In this document: positions 48,679-58,195 of the stretch, piece after piece
Layout of the letters: each line of letters opens with the position of its first letter
Numbering within the stretch: position 1 is the first letter of the stretch
NCBI GenBank assembly: GCA_964489845.1
Contig: CAZAZV010000002.1
Coordinates: 770-64,769, forward strand
DNA: 64,000 nt
Source: an uncultured Candidatus Saccharibacteria bacterium
Lineage (GTDB): Bacteria; Patescibacteriota; Minisyncoccia; UBA6257; GWB1-50-10
Direction: 5' to 3'
Position numbers and translations under genes: made by a program
Notes under the pieces: model-generated
What the model saw: the letters and a program-made list of their open reading frames with translations, nothing else
Told to the model about the DNA's origin: nothing
Database searches by the model: none

Positions 48679-50079
48679 CTATGGCGTATCGATTTTTAAA
48701 TGCAATGCCTTGAGTTGTCCTTCGTCGACCGGACTCGGCGCGTGCATGAGGAGGTCTCTCCCGTCCCCCGTCTTCGGGAAGGCGATGACTTCGCGGATGC
48801 TCGGTTCATTTTGCAAAATCATGATGGCGCGGTCAATCCCGTACGCAACGCCCCCGTGCGGCGGCACGCCGTAGCGGAACGCTTCGAGTAAGTGTCCGAA
48901 CTGCTCCTGTATTTCCTCCGGTCGGTGCCCCAGGAGCTCGAACACGGCACGCAAGAGACTCTGCTCGTGAATACGTATCGAGCCGCCCCCGATTTCGTAA
49001 CCATTCAGCACCACATCGTATTGCCGGGCGACGATCGCCTCCGGATTTTTCGCGAACCGCTCCCGCAGCTCATCGGCATCCTTCACTTTCGGCATCGTGA
49101 AGGGATGATGCACCGCCTGCCAGCGCCGATGCTCTTCACTCCACTCGAACGCGGGAAAATCGACGACGAAGAGGAAGGCGAGTTCGTTTGGGTCGTTTCG
49201 GTCGCTCCGCACATCCGGCTTGTCACTCTGGTATCGCTCCATCGCCTCCGCATACGTCATCCGGGGAATACGCCCATCCGGCCCGAGTGTCAGCTTTTTT
49301 TCCGGATACAAATCGCGCACGAGGGAAAGGAACACTGCTTCGGTGAGTGACATGATTTCTTCCTCGTCCGTGAAGCTCAATTCGACATCAACCTGCGTGA
49401 ATTCCGGCTGGCGGTCTCCCCTGGTGTCCTCGTCGCGGAAACACCGCACGATTTGGAAATACCGCTCGAGGCCGGCAACCATCAGGAGCTGCTTGTACTG
49501 CTGCGGCGATTGCGGAAGGGCGTAAAACATGCCGGGATGCACGCGCGACGGAACGAGGTAATCTCTCGCTCCCTCCGGTGTTGATTTACCCAAATCCGGC
49601 GTTTCCACCTCGACGAATCCCCGCGCCTCGAAAAACCTCCGCAGATGCGAGATAACACAGGCTCGTTGGCGGATGTTCCGCGCCATCCGCTCCCGGCGCA
49701 AGTCGAGGTACCGGTACTGCATCCGCTTGTCCTCGCCGATATCCCGTCCGTCCCCCTCCACCGATATGGGCGGCGTGTCCGCTTCCGCGAGCACGTCGAT
49801 GCGCAATACCTTCACCTCGTAGCCGCCGTTCGGAAGCTCCGGATTCTCCATCCCCTTCGGGCGCTTCCCGACCGTACCGTGCGCGCGGATGACCCATTCG
49901 GAGCGAAGTTTGTTCCCGTCCTCATATGCATCGCCAGCAAAAACGATTTGCGCGACACCGCTCCGGTCGCGCAGGTCGATAAAGATGAGTTTCCCGTGGT
50001 CGCGCCGCGCGGCAACCCATCCGGCAAGCTCCATCTCTTTCCCTTCATATCCCCCGATATCGCGCGCTAAAATACGCAT
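48679..50079 (-). CDS. aspS: Aspartate--tRNA ligase (short, lacking most of the GAD insert)
   Basis: RRDHG.LIFIDLRD, LPQSPQ, CFRDED.RGDRQPEFTQ, PPHGG; start at MRILA. Confidence 0.96.
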   Translation of the reverse strand: MRILARDIGGYEGKEMELAGWVAARRDHGKLIFIDLRDRSGVAQIVFAGDAYEDGNKLRSEWVIRAHGTVGKRPKGMENPELPNGGYEVKVLRIDVLAEADTPPISVEGDGRDIGEDKRMQYRYLDLRRERMARNIRQRACVISHLRRFFEARGFVEVETPDLGKSTPEGARDYLVPSRVHPGMFYALPQSPQQYKQLLMVAGLERYFQIVRCFRDEDTRGDRQPEFTQVDVELSFTDEEEIMSLTEAVFLSLVRDLYPEKKLTLGPDGRIPRMTYAEAMERYQSDKPDVRSDRNDPNELAFLFVVDFPAFEWSEEHRRWQAVHHPFTMPKVKDADELRERFAKNPEAIVARQYDVVLNGYEIGGGSIRIHEQSLLRAVFELLGHRPEEIQEQFGHLLEAFRYGVPPHGGVAYGIDRAIMILQNEPSIREVIAFPKTGDGRDLLMHAPSPVDEGQLKALHLKIDTP

Positions 50080-50170
50080 GGATTTAAGTGTAAAACGAAA
50101 AGCGAAAAATGCAAAACGAGTGGAGAGGACGAACGCTCGGTGCCCAAGAGAGTAAGAAAACCGGAGCGCC

Positions 50171-50911
50171 CTACGGTGTCCCCGTCGCCTCAAACGGTTC
50201 GGGGAACACCATGAACTGCGGCGGGATATACAAATCGTCCCGGTCGATCGGCCGGATACCGAACGCGCGAAGCGTTCCGCTCGAATCTTCCACGAAGCCC
50301 CCGACGACCACCGTATCCCCGACCGAAATGTTCGGCAAAGGGGACGGCAGCATCCGCTTGTCCGTTATGAAAAGCATGCGCCCGAACATATCCCGGACGA
50401 TGATATGGTTGTCGGACAAATCCATGACCTGTCCGACGATCGCCGGCCCTCTGCTCCGATGGAATTCCATGCCGGGAACGCCGGCGAATCCCCGCACCGG
50501 CGCATTGAACTGCCGCACATCGAGCAGGACACCGACGACAATGAGCACGCACACGACGAGCCCCGCGGAGTACAAAAGCGGCCGCTTATACACGACACCG
50601 TAGTGCCGCAGGAGCGCTTCGAGCGCGATAATGAGCACTGCAACGACCGCGACGGTAAGCCACGGGAAACTTCCAATGAACATGCGCCACCCCCACGCGC
50701 CGAAGCCGGGGAGGAACCAGATGCCGTTGCGGTGCAGCGACAGGCGTATCCAGCCGATAACAAAAATGACCGCGGCGGCGACGAGCATGACAATGAGCGC
50801 GTAGAGCGCCGCGCGGAGCGCGAAGTACCACCTGCCGCGCGGCTTCAGATGCCCTGAACGGATACGCTCCATGACGCGACTGAATGCGTTTTTGTTATTG
50901 GTGTTCGGCAT
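50171..50911 (-). CDS. Three-TM membrane protein coupled to an ECF sigma factor (possible anti-sigma)
   Basis: Overlaps the sigma gene end; TM helices plus an OB-like C terminus. Confidence 0.65.
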   Translation of the reverse strand: MPNTNNKNAFSRVMERIRSGHLKPRGRWYFALRAALYALIVMLVAAAVIFVIGWIRLSLHRNGIWFLPGFGAWGWRMFIGSFPWLTVAVVAVLIIALEALLRHYGVVYKRPLLYSAGLVVCVLIVVGVLLDVRQFNAPVRGFAGVPGMEFHRSRGPAIVGQVMDLSDNHIIVRDMFGRMLFITDKRMLPSPLPNISVGDTVVVGGFVEDSSGTLRAFGIRPIDRDDLYIPPQFMVFPEPFEATGTP

Positions 50912-51494
50912 GTGCTTCGTGGAGAGCGCGTTTCAGCAAATCCTTCGCGCGCTTCAACCTGATGGCGACTGTCCCTTTCGGTATTCGCATGATATCGGAG
51001 ATGGCATCGTATGAAAACTCTTCGAAATAGTACAGGACAAGCGGCTCGCGATATTTCGGCGGCAAGGCGTCAACGGACGCCTTCAAGAATGCTCTTGTTT
51101 CCTTGCCGCTCAAGTCCGCTTCAAGATTCTCGTCAGCGGCAAGGTGTGGGAACACCACATCAAGGTCGAAAAAAGTAAGCGGTTCCCGTTTCGTCCGCCG
51201 TATGAAATTGACCGCCTCATTGTGCGCGATGCGGTACAGCCATGGGGAAAATCTGCGTGCCGTGTTGAAACTCCGGATATTCAGATACGCTTTCACGAAT
51301 GCCTCCTGCACGATGTCGTCGCTGTCCAAATCTCCCGCGAAGCGCTTCGCATATCTCGTGAGCCGCTCCTGATACCGTCTCGTGAGCTCTTCGAACGCCT
51401 CCACGTCCCCGCGCTGCACGCGCGCGGCGAACTCCTCGTCGGAAACCCCATCATTATTCATACGCGCCTCGTCCGCACATTCTTTCACAGCCAT
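50895..51494 (-). CDS. ECF sigma factor
   Basis: DIVQEAFVKA, FSPWLYRIA.N, SYDAIS..IPKGTV..RL.RA; start reassigned. Confidence 0.92.
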   Translation of the reverse strand: MAVKECADEARMNNDGVSDEEFAARVQRGDVEAFEELTRRYQERLTRYAKRFAGDLDSDDIVQEAFVKAYLNIRSFNTARRFSPWLYRIAHNEAVNFIRRTKREPLTFFDLDVVFPHLAADENLEADLSGKETRAFLKASVDALPPKYREPLVLYYFEEFSYDAISDIMRIPKGTVAIRLKRAKDLLKRALHEAHAEHQ

Positions 51495-51533
51495 TCCTTT
51501 ACTTATACTATCTTTGACAGTATAAAGAAAGCG

Positions 51534-52589
51534 ATGCGGAATATCGCGAAGGGAAAGAGGGTGTTTGTGGGTCTCTCCGGCGGTGTCGATTCGTCGGTTG
51601 CGGCGCTCATACTCAAGGAACGCGGGTACGACGTGCTCGGCGTGTACCTGAAGTGCTTCAACATAGATGGCTGCGCGGTCCGCGATGCCGAAGATGCGCG
51701 CCTCGTCGCGGAGAAACTGGAAATACCGTTTTACGTCTTCGACTTGGAGGAGGAATACAAGCGGCGCGTCGTCAATTACATGGTGCGCGCGTACGAGCGC
51801 GGCGTAACGCCGAATCCGGATGTGATGTGCAACCGGGAAATCAAATTCGGCCTCTTCCTCGAAAAGGCGCTCTCGAGGGGGGCCGAGTATGTCGCGACGG
51901 GACACTATGTGCGATTGCGACGTGGTAAACTCTGCACGGCGCGCGATGCGAAGAAAGACCAATCGTATTTTCTCTGGACGCTCACGAAGAAAGAGCTCGC
52001 GCATTGTCTCTTCCCTATCGGCAACTACGTGAAACCGCGCGTGCGGAAGCTTGCCGAACGGGCGGGGCTCCCGACCGCGCACAAGAAGGACTCGCAGGGC
52101 ATCTGCTTCCTCGGCGACGTGAAGATACGAGATTTCCTGAAAGCGTATTTGCCGGTGAAAACCGGGAACGTGGTCACGCCCGATGGTGCCGTCATCGGCA
52201 CGCACGAAGGTGCGCATTTCTACACTATCGGTCAGCGGCGCGGCCTGCACGTTGCAACGGGTGAGCGGCTCTTCGTCGCCGCGAAAAATCTCGAGACGAA
52301 TACGCTCGTTGCCGTCCCGGCGGGAGATGAGCTATTGTACGGGAAAGACGTCACACTCACCGAGGTAAACTTCATAACCGGCACTCCCGCGCTCCCCCGC
52401 CGCGTCCTCGCCCGCATCCGTTATCAGCAACCGCTGCAGAAAGCAACGCTCTGCAAACTGCGCACAAACGACTATAAACTGGTCTTCGACAAGCCGCAGA
52501 AATTCGTCACGCCGGGACAATCGGCGGTTTGCTACAGCCGACAAGGATTCGGAACGCATGAGATGCTCGGCGGCGGCGTCATCGGCTGA
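51534..52589 (+). CDS. mnmA: tRNA 2-thiouridine synthase
   Basis: SGGVDS, TPNPD..CN, ATGHY, KDQSYFL, TPGQS. Confidence 0.97.
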   Translation: MRNIAKGKRVFVGLSGGVDSSVAALILKERGYDVLGVYLKCFNIDGCAVRDAEDARLVAEKLEIPFYVFDLEEEYKRRVVNYMVRAYERGVTPNPDVMCNREIKFGLFLEKALSRGAEYVATGHYVRLRRGKLCTARDAKKDQSYFLWTLTKKELAHCLFPIGNYVKPRVRKLAERAGLPTAHKKDSQGICFLGDVKIRDFLKAYLPVKTGNVVTPDGAVIGTHEGAHFYTIGQRRGLHVATGERLFVAAKNLETNTLVAVPAGDELLYGKDVTLTEVNFITGTPALPRRVLARIRYQQPLQKATLCKLRTNDYKLVFDKPQKFVTPGQSAVCYSRQGFGTHEMLGGGVIG

Positions 52590-52621
52590 CGTATTGCAAA
52601 ATACGCGCGATTTCGGGTAAG

Positions 52622-53197
52622 ATGGGGAACATGCTTGAATACAACGAATTGAGGCCGGGCAAAACTTTCATATTGGACGGCGAACCGTATGTCGTACTCG
52701 ATTACAACTTCGTCAAGAAGCAGCAACGGCGGCCGACCGCCCAACTGACGTTAAAAAATCTTTTGAGCGGCAAAGTGCGGGAGTACGGCGCGCACCAGGG
52801 AAGCACATTCGAAGAAGCGGACATTGTGGGGAAAAACTCCCGCTTCATCTATTACAAGGAAAAGACCGGCGAATACTGGTTTTGCAGCGCGGACAACCCG
52901 AGCGACCGCTTTGCGTTGAAAGCGGAGGTTGTTGGCGACGCCCGGAACTATCTCAAGGAAAATCTGGAAGTGACTATCCTGTCCTTCAACGACCTGCCGA
53001 TATCGCTCCGCCTGCCGGCGAAAGTTGACCTCAAGGTGACCGATGCGCCGCCGAGCGTCAAAGGAGGTACGGTAAGCGGCGGCACGAAATCCGTCACAAC
53101 GGAAACGGGCTTGAAAGTGACGACACCGCTTTTCGTCAATGCGGGAGACGTCATTCGCGTGAACACCGCGAACAGTGAGTACACCGAGCGCGTTTAA
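52622..53197 (+). CDS. efp: Elongation factor P
   Basis: ETGL.V.TPLFV..GD.I.VNT...Y..R; loop reads KKQQRR. Confidence 0.93.
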   Translation: MGNMLEYNELRPGKTFILDGEPYVVLDYNFVKKQQRRPTAQLTLKNLLSGKVREYGAHQGSTFEEADIVGKNSRFIYYKEKTGEYWFCSADNPSDRFALKAEVVGDARNYLKENLEVTILSFNDLPISLRLPAKVDLKVTDAPPSVKGGTVSGGTKSVTTETGLKVTTPLFVNAGDVIRVNTANSEYTERV

Positions 53198-54696
53198 TCT
53201 TTCTTCGCTTCTCCGTTTCCTCCAAGCGCCCGTTCGAGGATATCTTTCAATTCCTCAACATTAACGTCTCCGCGCGGCGGCTTCTCTCCGGCATGCGGAT
53301 GCAATGGCGCGGGACGCCCTTCGTCTTCCCGGTGAAGGACGGTTTTAAGTCGTTGCTCTCCCCGCTCGCTCACCCGCTCCACTGCCAGCCGCTCGTCCTG
53401 CCACTCCGCGCGCAATTTTTCTTCGACGTAACTCCGCGGCGAGCCGTAGCGCCGCTGCGAGTACTCGACGATGGTTTCCTTCTGCGAGTGTTCGGGAGGC
53501 GTGGGGGGCGGGAACGTCCGCGCCGAGAAGGGCTGCGAGGTGATGCCGTCTATCATCATCTTGATGATGACGTGGTGCTTCGCGAGATTCACGAGGTCCT
53601 GCGCGGTGTACTGCGGCCCGAATTCGGGCTCGAGAAATTCGGCATCCGCCGCGCCGATGCGGAAACAAACGAGTGTGCCGACGTTCCCAAAAATCGCGTC
53701 GCGCACGCGCGTGTTGCCGTTGTCATGCACAAGCTGGTTGATGTACTGGTGCGCCAAAACGAGATTCAGGCGGTACTTCCGCGCCTCGGAGAGGATGTTC
53801 GCGAACGAATCGGTCGCGAAGTTTTGGAACTCGTCGACGTAGAGCACGAAGTCCCGCAGTTCATGGAGCGGCATATCGCCGCGCGACATCGCCGCAAGTT
53901 GCAGTTTGGTAACAATGAGGGAACCAAGGAGCGCTGTGTTGTCCTCCCCAACCTGTCCCTTCGACAGATTGACGATAAGAATTTTCCCGCTGTCCATCAC
54001 CTCGCGCATGTCGATGGCAGAGCGGGGTTGTCCCAAAATATTCCGGAGCAACGGGTTCGTCACGAATTGCCCGACTTTGTTCTGTATCGCGGCAACCGCC
54101 TCAATCTGCAACCGCTGCGTGTATTGGGCGAATTCCTCTTTCCAGAAGTGCTTCACAACCGGGTCTTCGATGTGATTCACGATTTCGTCGCGGTACCGCC
54201 TATCGGAAAACATCCGCAGAATGCCGAGCACGGTCGACGATGGATTCTCGAGGAGCGCGAGGACAGTATTGCTCAAAATATATTCCATACGCGCGCTCCA
54301 CACGTCAGGCCAAATTTTCTTGAACACTCCCATCATACCCGATGCCAAGAGGTGCCGCCGCTCCACCGAAACCTCTTCGAAGGGGTTAAAGCCGATGGGG
54401 TGCTCGAGGTCGCCCGCGTCGAAATAGATAACGTCTTCCACCCGCTCCTCCGGCACGTAGTGCAAGATGTGCTCCGCGAGCTCCCCATGCGGGTCGACGA
54501 CGCCGATGCCCTTACCGCTCTGGATGTCGGACACGATCATATTCTCGAGGAGCGTCGATTTCCCCACGCCTGTTTTCCCGATGACGTAAACGTGCCGCCG
54601 CCGGTCGTCCGCCTTGATACCGAAGCGCCGTTCTTCTCCGCGATAGTCCGTAATGCCGATAGGGGTGATGAGAGGGGTAACGTTCGAGTAATCCAT
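53194..54696 (-). CDS. VirD4/TraD-like (DUF87) ATPase
   Basis: DRRRH.Y.IGKTGVGKS, DPHG, YVDEFQNF, SEARKY, GNVGT. Confidence 0.9.
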   Translation of the reverse strand: MDYSNVTPLITPIGITDYRGEERRFGIKADDRRRHVYVIGKTGVGKSTLLENMIVSDIQSGKGIGVVDPHGELAEHILHYVPEERVEDVIYFDAGDLEHPIGFNPFEEVSVERRHLLASGMMGVFKKIWPDVWSARMEYILSNTVLALLENPSSTVLGILRMFSDRRYRDEIVNHIEDPVVKHFWKEEFAQYTQRLQIEAVAAIQNKVGQFVTNPLLRNILGQPRSAIDMREVMDSGKILIVNLSKGQVGEDNTALLGSLIVTKLQLAAMSRGDMPLHELRDFVLYVDEFQNFATDSFANILSEARKYRLNLVLAHQYINQLVHDNGNTRVRDAIFGNVGTLVCFRIGAADAEFLEPEFGPQYTAQDLVNLAKHHVIIKMMIDGITSQPFSARTFPPPTPPEHSQKETIVEYSQRRYGSPRSYVEEKLRAEWQDERLAVERVSERGEQRLKTVLHREDEGRPAPLHPHAGEKPPRGDVNVEELKDILERALGGNGEAKKD

Positions 54697-54697
54697 G

Positions 54698-55999
54698 TTA
54701 GAAAGAGGGTAAATCGGCCGGCGGGCTGCTCTTGCGCGCCTCGATGCGCTGCAGCATCGGCGACTTGACGCCGGTAATCGGGAAGTGGAAGAGCGTCGCG
54801 AGTTCCTCCGCGTTGTAGATGTTGAATTTCCGCACGAAATCGCGGGCGCGGTAATGCGCGTAGAGTTTCCGCCGCTTCCGGTCCGTTTTGAGGTTCTTGA
54901 ATGGCTGCTTTGCGGTCGTCATGGTTTCCTTGTTCACGCCGAGCGCGTTGAGGTTCAAGGTACTGAACTGCCTGAACACACCCATGAGCGCGGTACTGTT
55001 CGAACCGGTAAACGCATCCTTCCGGTCAATATAGACGAAGCGGATGCCTCCTTCAAATCCTATCTTCGACATCTTGTGTTCCACCGCCTCGATGATGCGC
55101 TTGTTTCCCTCAGTGAGTCCTCCTTTTTCTTCTTTTTTCTCCTCTTTGCCTCCTCCCCATTCGGGCACCACGAACGGCGCCTTGAGAAGATTCTGGCCGA
55201 ACTCGCCGACGTTTTGCCCCTGTTTCCCCGCCCACTCGGAGAACTTCATTTTCTTCTCCGGTTTTTTCTTGCCGAGCACGATATCGATGACTTCCTGCGC
55301 TTTCTTCGTCCATTCGGTCCCCGTCGGCCGTATGAGAATTTGAATCCACGCGGCTTCCGAACGCTCGAGGCGGGACATAACCTCGGTAATGGCGCCGATG
55401 GGGTCGACGCGGCGCTCTTCCTCGCGCTCCTCGAACTCCGGGTATGTCCGCAGGGGGTATCCGTCCTCGCGCACGAGCGCAAGCTCGCTCCCGAAAAGTG
55501 TATATTCCTCGTTCGGCAAGTCAGCCGGGAATGAGCGGACATAGTCGTCCTCGTCCGGGACGAGCGATATTTCCACGTCGGGATAGTGCGCGTACACGAC
55601 CGATTCAATCATGTCGCGGTATCCTTCCGGTATCCGTATGTAAAAATGCACCGCGCCAGCGCGCCCCGCGACCTCGAAGCTCGCCCACTGTTCCACGACT
55701 CCCTTGAACCACTTCTTGTAAAATGAGACGCCGAACGAATACATCCCGTGCACCGTGGCGAAAACTTGCTCCATCGCCTTCGCGGTCTGGGGAACCTCGC
55801 GCGGCGCTGTGAGCTCCAAGAGCACCCATTTGATATCGTTCTTGAACCGCTCTTCTTTATAAAACAACCATGCTCTCGAGAACGCGAAAAAGAGAGCGAG
55901 AGGGATGACCACCCACCATATCAAAACAAAAACGCCCCAAAACGCATGGAAGCCAACCGTTAAGGCATCACGAACTGCTGTAAGAGCGGTCAATAACAT
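54698..55999 (-). CDS. Membrane-anchored partner of the VirD4-like ATPase
   Basis: N-terminal TM, AMEQ.F, YP.VEI, EELATLFHFP; adjacent to the ATPase. Confidence 0.78.
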   Translation of the reverse strand: MLLTALTAVRDALTVGFHAFWGVFVLIWWVVIPLALFFAFSRAWLFYKEERFKNDIKWVLLELTAPREVPQTAKAMEQVFATVHGMYSFGVSFYKKWFKGVVEQWASFEVAGRAGAVHFYIRIPEGYRDMIESVVYAHYPDVEISLVPDEDDYVRSFPADLPNEEYTLFGSELALVREDGYPLRTYPEFEEREEERRVDPIGAITEVMSRLERSEAAWIQILIRPTGTEWTKKAQEVIDIVLGKKKPEKKMKFSEWAGKQGQNVGEFGQNLLKAPFVVPEWGGGKEEKKEEKGGLTEGNKRIIEAVEHKMSKIGFEGGIRFVYIDRKDAFTGSNSTALMGVFRQFSTLNLNALGVNKETMTTAKQPFKNLKTDRKRRKLYAHYRARDFVRKFNIYNAEELATLFHFPITGVKSPMLQRIEARKSSPPADLPSF

Positions 56000-56023
56000 T
56001 AGTAAAATTATAACACGTACGCA

Positions 56024-56230
56024 GACCGCTATCCCCTGAAAAAGGACCCGCGCAGGGCGAGCTGGCAGAACTTGCCCGAACGAAGTGAGGTTACAAGTTC
56101 GCCATCCCGAGGAGCTCTGCCAGCAGGCGGAGCGAGGAGGGGCTACCTTCAGCGAGAGAGCGAGCCCGAGCGTGAACGCGTCCCGCTCGCGGGGCGGGAC
56201 GACGTGTTTCGCTTCAGGGGCGTAGCGGTC
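56024..56230. repeat. MITE-like element family B, copy 2 (longer core)
   Basis: GACCGCTATCCCCTGAA .. TTCAGGGGCGTAGCGGTC; shares both ends with copy 1. Confidence 0.8.
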
Positions 56231-56239
56231 GGAGTAGGT

Positions 56240-57253
56240 CTACTTCAGCCGATATGCTCCCCCCGGCAGTCGCTCGAAATACTGCCGGTTCTGGAGGTTG
56301 AGCACGATGGTATTCTCCTTCGAAAACTTGCGCTTCTGAACGGCGTTTATCAGTTCCCGGGCGCTCATCGGCCCGTTTTCTCCCAAAATCCTCGCGATCA
56401 CTTCCCGTACCGTTCCTCCTTCGTACCCGTCTTCCTTCAACCCGTACGTTCCCCGGCCCACGAGCACGAACCGCTCGTCTTTGATGAGTTCGTTATGAAT
56501 GGTCTGAGGATGCACGCGCCGTTCGGCAAGTCCGACTTCCTGGATCATTTTCGCAATGTCTCTGAAGTGCAACGGCTTCCCGTGCTTCTTCAGTATCAGG
56601 TACGCGCGGTCGCGCGAGAATCGCGGCGTGATCTCGGGCCACTCCGCAAGTCCCACGTCTCCGAACACGTTCACGGTGACGCGGCGGGCGAGCGGCAGGA
56701 GCCGCCCCAGTTCCATGGCGTCGAACCACTCGAGATGCTTACGCTTCACAAGAATTCCTTCCGGTCCCGCTTGCTCGAATCTCTTGATGAGCTGCTTCAC
56801 GTCCCGCAGCACCCCGCTCTTCTGCCGCTCGTCGAGGTACCAAAACGCTTCCACGTCCCGATCGCCGGGAAAATAAAACGGCGCGCCGTTCGAAACTTCG
56901 AGGACGAAGTGCAGTTTGTTCGCGCACTGCTGCACCGAGTCGACAAGTCCTTTGCGCTCGAGGTCGGCGAGAAATTGCTCGCCGTGCGCGTAGCCGCCGC
57001 GTTCCTTCAGAATCACGTACGCGTCAGCGAGAAAATCCTGCAAAAGTCCCGCGAGAACATCTGCGAGCGCTTCCCGCGTTTTTTTCTCTATTTGCCGCAC
57101 CCGCTCGCGCGTCAGTTCAAGGTCGTCTCCGATTTCCTGGAGCGTCCGCCGCGTACCGCTTCGGTCGAGACCGAATCGTCCTCGTATGACTTCGCGCTGC
57201 TTCGGGGAAAAATCCGCAAGCGCGTCCCGCAATATGCCATCCAAATACGTCAT
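56240..57253 (-). CDS. Sigma70 region-4 HTH plus HARE-HTH (RNAP delta-like) protein
   Basis: RFGL...TLQEIG..LTRERVRQIE; GKPLHF..HNELI.DERFVLVGRGTYGL. Confidence 0.8.
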   Translation of the reverse strand: MTYLDGILRDALADFSPKQREVIRGRFGLDRSGTRRTLQEIGDDLELTRERVRQIEKKTREALADVLAGLLQDFLADAYVILKERGGYAHGEQFLADLERKGLVDSVQQCANKLHFVLEVSNGAPFYFPGDRDVEAFWYLDERQKSGVLRDVKQLIKRFEQAGPEGILVKRKHLEWFDAMELGRLLPLARRVTVNVFGDVGLAEWPEITPRFSRDRAYLILKKHGKPLHFRDIAKMIQEVGLAERRVHPQTIHNELIKDERFVLVGRGTYGLKEDGYEGGTVREVIARILGENGPMSARELINAVQKRKFSKENTIVLNLQNRQYFERLPGGAYRLK

Positions 57254-57278
57254 AGGAAATCTAACAATAACACACAAG

Positions 57279-57287
57279 TTATCCACA
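57279..57287 (+). promoter_or_regulatory. DnaA box
   Basis: Perfect intergenic TTATCCACA. Confidence 0.55.
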
Positions 57288-57289
57288 CG

Positions 57290-58195
57290 TCAATCCCCCT
57301 TGTTTCTGCCCTGCCACAGGTACAGGAGCGGGCTCGCCACGAAGATGGATGAATACGTTCCCGCGACGGTCCCGATGAGTACGGTAAGGAGGAACCCCAT
57401 GAGTGACGAGGGGCCGAAAAGGAGGAGCGCAATGAGCACGACGATGAGCGTGCCGGATGTATTCATGGACCGCATGAGGGTCTGATTCACGCTGTCGTTC
57501 ACAATGTCTCCGAGCGGGATCCGTTCGTTCTTCCGCTCGAGGAGGTGTTCGCGGATGCGGTCGAAGACCACAATCGTGTCGTGCACCGAGAAACCAACCG
57601 TCATCAGCAAGCCGACAAGTATCGTCGTGTCCACGTCGAAGAGACCGAAATGTCCGAAGAGTGCCACCGCGCCAAGCGGGATGCTCACGTCGTGAAACAG
57701 CGCGATGAGCGTCGAGAAGCCGTACTTCCACGAGGAAACCCTCGCCGCCGCCTTGCGGAACGCCCACCCGACAAAGAAGGTAATCGCCGCAATCGCGCCG
57801 ATGAGCGCCCAGAGCGACTGGCGCCACAATGCTTTGCTCACCGTCGGCCCGATACTCGAGAATCCGAGCGTCTGGAACGTTCCAAACGCCTTCGTGAGCG
57901 CCTGCTCGTACGCCGTCTTATCCGACGGCATCATCTGTTTCACCCGTATGACGATGCCCTCCCCCACCCGCTCGGTCGCCACATCGGCATGAAACGTTTT
58001 TTCGACGAACGCCCTCACCTGCTCCGGAGAAACGGTTGTCGAGGAAGCAAACTGCACGCTCCACGACGTGCCACCGGACAAATCCGCACCCGGCTGCAAA
58101 CCGAACACGAACACGCACACCCACGCCGCGAAAACGAGCGCGAGCGCGACACCCAGGAAAACGTTTCTGTGTTTTATGACGTCAAGCTTATGCAT
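57290..58195 (-). CDS. secF: Protein translocase subunit SecF
   Basis: G.D.SGG, IGPTVS, HDV, SVHDTIVVFDRIRE, GTYSSIFVA. Confidence 0.96.
   Translation of the reverse strand: MHKLDVIKHRNVFLGVALALVFAAWVCVFVFGLQPGADLSGGTSWSVQFASSTTVSPEQVRAFVEKTFHADVATERVGEGIVIRVKQMMPSDKTAYEQALTKAFGTFQTLGFSSIGPTVSKALWRQSLWALIGAIAAITFFVGWAFRKAAARVSSWKYGFSTLIALFHDVSIPLGAVALFGHFGLFDVDTTILVGLLMTVGFSVHDTIVVFDRIREHLLERKNERIPLGDIVNDSVNQTLMRSMNTSGTLIVVLIALLLFGPSSLMGFLLTVLIGTVAGTYSSIFVASPLLYLWQGRNKGD

Noticed and set aside
53194-55999. Conjugative element
   Set aside because: No relaxase, VirB genes or integrase nearby; such ATPase pairs are ordinary in CPR chromosomes
56024-56230. RNase P RNA, SRP RNA or tmRNA
   Set aside because: No GAGGAAAGTCC or other hallmark motifs seen; present in two copies with TIRs
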